64,000 nt of DNA from the NCBI GenBank assembly GCA_963828195.1, contig CAWHDT010000005.1, positions 256,001-320,000 on the forward strand. Reading direction: 5' to 3'. Shown piece after piece: positions 58,339-64,000 of this stretch. Numbering within the stretch: the first letter of the stretch is position 1; every line of letters starts with the position of its first letter. Position numbers and translations under genes: made by a program. The notes beneath the pieces are model-generated. The model saw only the letters and a list, made by a program, of their open reading frames with translations. It ran no database searches and was not told the DNA's origin. This stretch comes from Candidatus Bathyarchaeota archaeon. Lineage in GTDB: Archaea; Thermoproteota; Bathyarchaeia; Bathyarchaeales; Bathycorpusculaceae.

Positions 58339-59397
58339 TTAGCCGATTACTTTCGACACGTAAGGTATTTTCTTCAGCAAAAGAATTATTCCAAGAGACA
58401 CAAACAGGACAATCACAGTCATCAATGGGACCCCGATGATTGAGTTTATAGTGTTGCCGTTAATCGCGAAGCCGAGGTAGCCTCTTTGGATGGTTTCAAG
58501 AACCATGACGTGAAAGAGGAATATGGGTAAAGAGTTTACGCTGATTAATTTAACAAATTTATTGACTTTGGATGGTTTGGTCTCTTTCTGAACTGGCGCT
58601 GGCTTAACAGTGATTAACAGCAAAAACACCATAACTGCAGCCAAAATAATTGTGGGGCTCAGATACTGTTGGAAGAAATACATTTCTCCTCCTCCAACGG
58701 TTCCAGCAATTATGTAGGTGCCTATTGCAGTCAAGGCTACTCCGAGAATCATGAATAATGAAAGTGTTTGGCGACGCACCTGCACAGTGAGCAGGTATGT
58801 GCCTAAAACAAAGTAGCCCACGTACCCTGTAATCGTTAAGACTTCATTATTCAACTGGTAGGTAGTTAAGATCCCCGCAACTGGAATAAAGGCTGCACCC
58901 AAAAGCCACAGCACCACCAAATATTTCACCAGATTATCTTCTGCATGAGCCAAAAATATGCGTAAGATCGGCGTCAAGAGGTAGAGTCCAGCGAGCATGT
59001 AGAGGTACCAAAACTGGTAGTATGGACCATTAAGTATGCCATTGATAATGGCGCCTGAAGTAAAAGCTTGATGCTCCACCAAAAAGTCCCATGCGAAGTA
59101 GGCGCCACCCCAAAATATCCATGGCAGACCTATTCGAGCCCACCGCTTCTTGAAAAAAGTACTGAGGCTTTCGTTCTTTGAGGGTTGAAGAAGAAGCGCA
59201 CCGGTTAACATGACAAACAATGGCACTCCGATTCGTCCGAGGGATTGGTAAACGTCAACCGTGGTCCAACGGATGATTTCAAACTGATTCATCTGTTGAA
59301 TAGTTAAATCGTTTGCGGAATGAAGCAGAATAACGCCTATTATTGCTACGGTGCGGATTAAGTCAACGGGAATAGCGCGCCCTCTCAGTTGATTCAG
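58339..59397 (-). CDS. Acyltransferase-3 family membrane O-acyltransferase
   Basis: In-frame N-terminal VDLIRTVAIIGVILLH upstream of ATG 59292; VPLFVMLTG, KR..R, WYLY and GY.GYF motifs. Confidence 0.88.
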   Translation of the reverse strand: MNQLRGRAIPVDLIRTVAIIGVILLHSANDLTIQQMNQFEIIRWTTVDVYQSLGRIGVPLFVMLTGALLLQPSKNESLSTFFKKRWARIGLPWIFWGGAYFAWDFLVEHQAFTSGAIINGILNGPYYQFWYLYMLAGLYLLTPILRIFLAHAEDNLVKYLVVLWLLGAAFIPVAGILTTYQLNNEVLTITGYVGYFVLGTYLLTVQVRRQTLSLFMILGVALTAIGTYIIAGTVGGGEMYFFQQYLSPTIILAAVMVFLLLITVKPAPVQKETKPSKVNKFVKLISVNSLPIFLFHVMVLETIQRGYLGFAINGNTINSIIGVPLMTVIVLFVSLGIILLLKKIPYVSKVIG

Positions 59398-59527
59398 CTT
59401 CTCTACCTATCCCAAATTACATCATAGGAACATTTTATGTTAATAAAAGTTGACTTGCCACAATCGAGAATGCATGTTTCATTTAATCTGCAACAATAAA
59501 AGCGTTTTTTCAATAAGTGGAGCCTCT

Positions 59528-60190
59528 TTAGATTAGGTTACTGAATATGTCATCGGCGATTATTTTTGATCCTGTACTGTTAGGATGAACTCCATCGGGA
59601 AAACAATACCCGTCATCACTCAAAGCTGAATACACGTTAATTACTGGCGAATTAGTCTCTTTTGCTGTCTGCTCGATGAGGGGCACTATATTTTGAGCGA
59701 AATATTTGGGGTCAATGCCTGTTCCATTGTTAAAAACCGGCGGCGGCAAAACAATCCACACCTTCGGTTTGCTGCTGAGAGATTGGAACGCAGAAACTAG
59801 GTTGACGTAGTCAGCCACAAAACTTGCGTTGTACTGCTCAAGGTCCGGGTGGGCGTCGTTTGTTCCCAGCATAATGATTACTATGTTCGGCTGAAACTTT
59901 GTTGCATTTAAAAATTGGCTGGAATTCATGTAGGGATTGGACGATTCGAGACAAACTGAGGAGCCGCTGTCGCCAAAATTGCGGACCTGATAGTTGGGTC
60001 CAAGCAGCATCGCAAGGTCAAATGGGTACCAAGTTCCCTGTGTGATGCTGTCGCCGACGCAGGCAACACGAATTTTAGTTATTGAAAAATCAGTCGTTAC
60101 GGTGCCCAAAATGAAGACTGAGGAGATTCCTGATAAGACGATAAGAACTGCTATTGCAATTACGAGGAATCTTACTTTATTTTTGTTCAT
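59528..60190 (-). CDS. Membrane-anchored SGNH/GDSL hydrolase
   Basis: GDSIT, LGTND and DGVHP motifs; N-terminal TM. Confidence 0.9.
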   Translation of the reverse strand: MNKNKVRFLVIAIAVLIVLSGISSVFILGTVTTDFSITKIRVACVGDSITQGTWYPFDLAMLLGPNYQVRNFGDSGSSVCLESSNPYMNSSQFLNATKFQPNIVIIMLGTNDAHPDLEQYNASFVADYVNLVSAFQSLSSKPKVWIVLPPPVFNNGTGIDPKYFAQNIVPLIEQTAKETNSPVINVYSALSDDGYCFPDGVHPNSTGSKIIADDIFSNLI

Positions 60191-60357
60191 ATTGCGTTCT
60201 TCACAGTAAACTGGATTTTGCTGTATGCTTGCTTGGATTAATGAAAATAACTGCTCATTAACTTAACGGAAAAACCCGCGTCCGCTGAGTCGGAGCAACT
60301 GTTTGCTGATAAATACGTTAAAAAAGTGATTAAGATGCATTTGACACTTGACGAAGA

Positions 60358-61098
60358 CTATACTCCGCCCGATAAGAGACGATGCTTAGAAGTGTTTTTT
60401 TCGATTTTCTGCACAGAGCCGACCTTTCCAATATAAGCAATATCGGTCAAGCCGACAAAAAAACCTGTTTCCACAACGCCTGGAATCATCTTTATCTTCA
60501 CCTCGAACTCGGCGGGGAAAGCTACTTCGCCAAAATATGTATCCAAAATGGCGTTTCCATTGTCCGTTATGACTGGACCTAGCTTTCCTTTTCCTTCCCT
60601 AAGAACAGGCGCGCCGCCGACTTGGATGATTTTTTGTTTGACAAGCGAAATGGCAAAGGGCAAGACCTCGATTGGCACTGACTGGTTATTTTCACCTAGC
60701 ATTTTGACTTTTTTCTTTTCGTCAGCAATGATGATGTTGAGTTTAGAGGCTGCGGCAACGATTTTTTCCCTTGCTAAAGCTGCGCCCATGCCCTTGATTA
60801 AAAACAATTCGGGAGTTACTTGATCTGCCCCGTCGATAGTTACGTCAATTTGGGGATGTTCATCTAAAGTCGTGATTGGAATGCCACATTCGACAGCAAG
60901 CAGGAACGCTTGATACGAAGTTGGAATGCCCATAACCCTTAGTTTTTCACGTTTTACTCTTTCACCCAGTGCTTCTATGGCAAAAGCCGCTGTACTGCCG
61001 CTTCCCAAACCGACAATAAAGCCGTCTTTAACATGTTTAACCGCTTCTAAGGCTGCGTTCTGTTTTGCCCTTTGAATTGGGTCAAGGTTAGCTTTCAA
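60358..61098 (-). CDS. rpiA: Ribose-5-phosphate isomerase A
   Basis: GLGSGST, DGADQ, KG.GAAL.REK and TDNGN motifs. Confidence 0.96.
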   Translation of the reverse strand: MKANLDPIQRAKQNAALEAVKHVKDGFIVGLGSGSTAAFAIEALGERVKREKLRVMGIPTSYQAFLLAVECGIPITTLDEHPQIDVTIDGADQVTPELFLIKGMGAALAREKIVAAASKLNIIIADEKKKVKMLGENNQSVPIEVLPFAISLVKQKIIQVGGAPVLREGKGKLGPVITDNGNAILDTYFGEVAFPAEFEVKIKMIPGVVETGFFVGLTDIAYIGKVGSVQKIEKNTSKHRLLSGGV

Positions 61099-61831
61099 TT
61101 TCCATCTGCCCCAGTTTATCTAAAACTTTTTCAACTTCACTTCTAATCGAATCAATCCTTTTTTCAGCTTCAGTTTTAGCGTCAGGCTTTTCCTCTGGAG
61201 GTTTCCGCTTCTTTCTCTGTTTTTCTTCCCCAGTTTCCCCCTCTTCTTCTTCCTCTTCATCCTCCATTTTTTCTATCGGGGGTGCGGGCTTTTGTGTTGG
61301 TAATTTTACGGGTATCTCTCTTATGGGTTTAACGTCGATTTTTGTTCTTAGCTCTTCAACCTTTGAGGTTAATTCCCCGAAGCGTTCGCTGAATAGCTTC
61401 ATTAAATCTTCCTGCATCCCCTCAAGATCATGCAGCGCAACTATTGTTTCATCTTTCGAGATGGATTCTTTAATAGACATCATTCTGGCCTTGTAGCTTG
61501 CAGCAAGCTTTTCTCTTTCTGCCTCTGAGATTTTTCCCTCTGCCTGTGCCTCGTACAAGCGCCTCAGTGCGTCGCTTAAAATGTCTCTTTCTAAATCTAG
61601 CATTCGCAGCTCATCTTTTGCGCTGGAAGCTGCCGTTGTTGGGACACTTTTAGAGATTCTGAAAGGTGAACTTGCCGAATAGTCAATGCTTGGGTCGCTG
61701 TCTGTTTTTTGAGGTTTTTTCTTAGGGTTTTTTTTACCCAGCCGGCTCATGGAAAAAATAACTACTCCGCACGCGAAAATAATCACTACCGCTACTGCCG
61801 TCACCGTTACTGGGTCATCGTACCAAGCCAT
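61088..61831 (-). CDS. Hypothetical protein, N-terminal TM plus coiled coil
   Basis: ATG 61831, TM helix, RLYEA..EGKI and acidic/basic linker. Confidence 0.75.
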   Translation of the reverse strand: MAWYDDPVTVTAVAVVIIFACGVVIFSMSRLGKKNPKKKPQKTDSDPSIDYSASSPFRISKSVPTTAASSAKDELRMLDLERDILSDALRRLYEAQAEGKISEAEREKLAASYKARMMSIKESISKDETIVALHDLEGMQEDLMKLFSERFGELTSKVEELRTKIDVKPIREIPVKLPTQKPAPPIEKMEDEEEEEEGETGEEKQRKKRKPPEEKPDAKTEAEKRIDSIRSEVEKVLDKLGQMEIES

Positions 61832-62003
61832 GCCAAGCTGTCCTCGATATGTTGATTGCACACGATATATATATAAATTATACAATCTCTCCAAACCAGT
61901 TTTTAATTTAAACGGGTGCCCTCGCCCATAGGATAATTTTATCTTTAGCAAGTTACCCTTCTCTCTTTATGCATCATGGTGCATCTGTGAGTTATGGAGT
62001 AAA

Positions 62004-63239
62004 ATGGTTGCTGACGAGAAACGTAGGCTTGTAGTTTTCGACGTTGAAGGAGTGCTTATTCCGAAAAACCGCTTCATTTTCGAAGTGGGAAAAACCTTAG
62101 GCTTAGCTAAGCTGATTAAGCTTCTTTTCTTCGGGTTTCTCTACGAAGCTGGCCTGTTAAAGCTGCAATCCGTTTTGAGGCATGTTTTCGGGGAATTAGA
62201 GGGGGTTAAGCTTGAAACTTTAATGTCAATTTTTGACAAAATCCCCGCGACTCCTTTTCTGCAAAACATTTTTTCTCAAATAAAAATGAGAAATTGCAAG
62301 ATTGCGTTAATCAGCTCCGGCTTGCCCACGGTCATAGTTAAAAAATTGGCTGATTCACTTTGCGCGGACTATGCTTACGGAGTCGAAGTTGAAACCAAAG
62401 ACGGCTATTTAACGGGTAAAATCTGGGGTGACACAATTTACCCGAACGGCAAGCTCAAAGTTTTATCAAAGATTCTGACCACTGAAGGCCTGCGGCTTAG
62501 CGACTGCATCGTTGTCGCCGATGACAGAAATAACCGCTGCATTTTTCTGCCCGGAATAGTGAAGATCGGTTTTAACCCCGACTTTGTTCTGAGAGTTAAA
62601 GCCGACAGAGTTGTAAACGGCAAGCTGTCCTCAATCTTACCCATTATTGATGGGAAACCACATAAGCGTTCTTTTCCGTCAACGAACGATTTTCTGCGGG
62701 AAGACATTCATGCTTCCGGTTTTTTCGTGCCCATTATCTCAACTTTCATTGGAGTTCCCACGGTAGCTGCCATAATTTTCGGCATCGCGTTGATATATAC
62801 AATATCGGAGCTTTGGCGTCTGGAAGGAAAAGAATTATCATTCATCTCGGCGATTACACGCCACGCAGCTAATCAATCAGAACTACGAGGCTTCGCTGCT
62901 GCACCATTGTATTTCGCCTTCGGCATCTTGTTTACCTTGCTTGTGTTCCCAGCACCCGCAAGCTACGCCGCAATCGCCATTTTTTGTTTAGGAGACAGCG
63001 TTGCTTCTCTTTTCGGAGGCTTAATCTCCACGTCTTTGCCGTTTAACAAGGGAAAAACTTGGGAAGGTTCACTGTCCGGCTTCTTTTTTGCGTTTTTAGC
63101 AGGCTCATTTTTTGTCCATCCGTATGTGGCTTTTATTGGGGCAGCGATTGCCATGACCGTGGAGGTTCTTCCATTGCCAGTTAACGATAATGTGTTGATC
63201 CCGATAATTACTGGAGCAGCGTTGACGCTACTGATTTAA
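62004..63239 (+). CDS. HAD (phosphoserine phosphatase-like) domain fused to a dolichol/phytol kinase-like membrane domain
   Basis: FDVEGV, ISSG, K and DD.N in the N half; GD..A...G, KTWEGS and DN..IP in the C half. Confidence 0.85.
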   Translation: MVADEKRRLVVFDVEGVLIPKNRFIFEVGKTLGLAKLIKLLFFGFLYEAGLLKLQSVLRHVFGELEGVKLETLMSIFDKIPATPFLQNIFSQIKMRNCKIALISSGLPTVIVKKLADSLCADYAYGVEVETKDGYLTGKIWGDTIYPNGKLKVLSKILTTEGLRLSDCIVVADDRNNRCIFLPGIVKIGFNPDFVLRVKADRVVNGKLSSILPIIDGKPHKRSFPSTNDFLREDIHASGFFVPIISTFIGVPTVAAIIFGIALIYTISELWRLEGKELSFISAITRHAANQSELRGFAAAPLYFAFGILFTLLVFPAPASYAAIAIFCLGDSVASLFGGLISTSLPFNKGKTWEGSLSGFFFAFLAGSFFVHPYVAFIGAAIAMTVEVLPLPVNDNVLIPIITGAALTLLI

Positions 63240-63341
63240 CGGAACCACTGCCTTAAGGTAATGCTTGAAAAAGACGCCCTGTCCCACACTTTGCATGCAG
63301 AATCGGTGAAAATGCATACGGAATAGATGCAGTTTCTTAAG

Positions 63342-63596
63342 TTATTTTTTGTTTTGTGCGTTCACTAAGTCCAGTTTTTGCTGGTGGCTTAGCTTTTTTA
63401 TTTCTCTTTCGCGCTTCATCGCTTTGCTCCGTAAATCAAACTGTTCAACGTAAGCTATCTTTTGGGGCTTGTGTGACTTTGTGTATTTTGCGCCCTTGCC
63501 GTTTTGATGCAGTTTCATCCTTAAATCTAAGTCCTTGGTGTAGCCCGTGTAGAAACTTCCGCCGCTGCATAGTAAAATGTAAACGTAAAATGGCAT
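63342..63596 (-). CDS. GIY-YIG nuclease (UPF0213)
   Basis: YVYIL.C, YTG.T, R...H..GKGAKYT and E..IK motifs. Confidence 0.92.
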   Translation of the reverse strand: MPFYVYILLCSGGSFYTGYTKDLDLRMKLHQNGKGAKYTKSHKPQKIAYVEQFDLRSKAMKREREIKKLSHQQKLDLVNAQNKK

Positions 63597-63601
63597 TTTG
63601 T

Positions 63602-64000
63602 TTATTGCGCCTCCGTTTGGGGTGGCAGATAATCGTAAACGATGCCTTTCTGCATGGCTCTTTTAAGGTAAGCTTCAGGGTCGATTTCTTGGACTTTTGC
63701 GCGGTCAACGTCGATGATGTAGATGTCGTGGATGCGCGCATTTCGTATTTCTTCAACGGTGACCGGCGGCTTCTGGTAGTATGCGTCACAGAGCTTTTTT
63801 ATCTGCGTTATTTCTTGGTCAGTTCGGTTTCTCGGTGGCTTAGCTAACGCAGCTGGAAAAGGCAGAATGTAGTGGGGTGGGACGCCTAACGCGAATTTTC
63901 CTGCGAAGCTGCTGTACCGAATTATCTTGCTTGCCAACCGTGCAGTTGTGTAAGTGAGGGGCGCCAAAGCGTTTTCGGGGGGAATATAGCCCGTTTCTAT
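63602..64000 (-). CDS. Hypothetical protein, 5' end outside the window
   Basis: Frame stays open to the window edge. Confidence 0.6.
   Translation of the reverse strand: METGYIPPENALAPLTYTTARLASKIIRYSSFAGKFALGVPPHYILPFPAALAKPPRNRTDQEITQIKKLCDAYYQKPPVTVEEIRNARIHDIYIIDVDRAKVQEIDPEAYLKRAMQKGIVYDYLPPQTEAQ

Overview
Archaeal chromosomal DNA, most likely Ca. Bathyarchaeia or another TACK lineage (inferred from TFB, RadA, aEF-1alpha, short XPF, tungsten AOR and a PEF-CTERM-type surface protein). The first 23 kb holds two convergent amino-acid operons. The plus-strand one is an archaeal DKFP-type shikimate/Tyr operon (ask, aroA', aroB', aroD, aroE, aroK, aroA, aroC, chorismate mutase, aminotransferase, tyrA, GATase). 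The minus-strand one is ilvB-ilvH-leuC-leuD-leuB-leuA-pheA. Main finding: each operon is preceded by a short leader ORF, missing from the ORF track, that ends in a run of the operon's own end-product codons. These are MSNCKSHKGNSSAQSLSFDYYFYGYFS* (4507-4590, followed by a 9-bp hairpin enclosing a U6 tract) and MRDRHLNSWNRRVLIL* (23058-23108). This is the signature of ribosome-mediated leader-peptide attenuation, which is essentially undescribed in Archaea. Other observations: toxin-antitoxin cassettes delimited by three degenerate tRNA-Leu 3'-half repeats (46.5-48.0 kb); a dispersed ~300-bp double-hairpin repeat (4 copies); duplicated aminotransferase scars around a foreign ORF; iteron-like repeats before a stand-alone tuf; two candidate structured RNAs near tfb; a DtxR-like tandem operator; two genes that appear to need non-canonical start codons; several broken genes; two unannotated ribbon-helix-helix genes; and tRNA-Pro(CGG). 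All calls come from reading the sequence by eye; no searches or folding computations were run.
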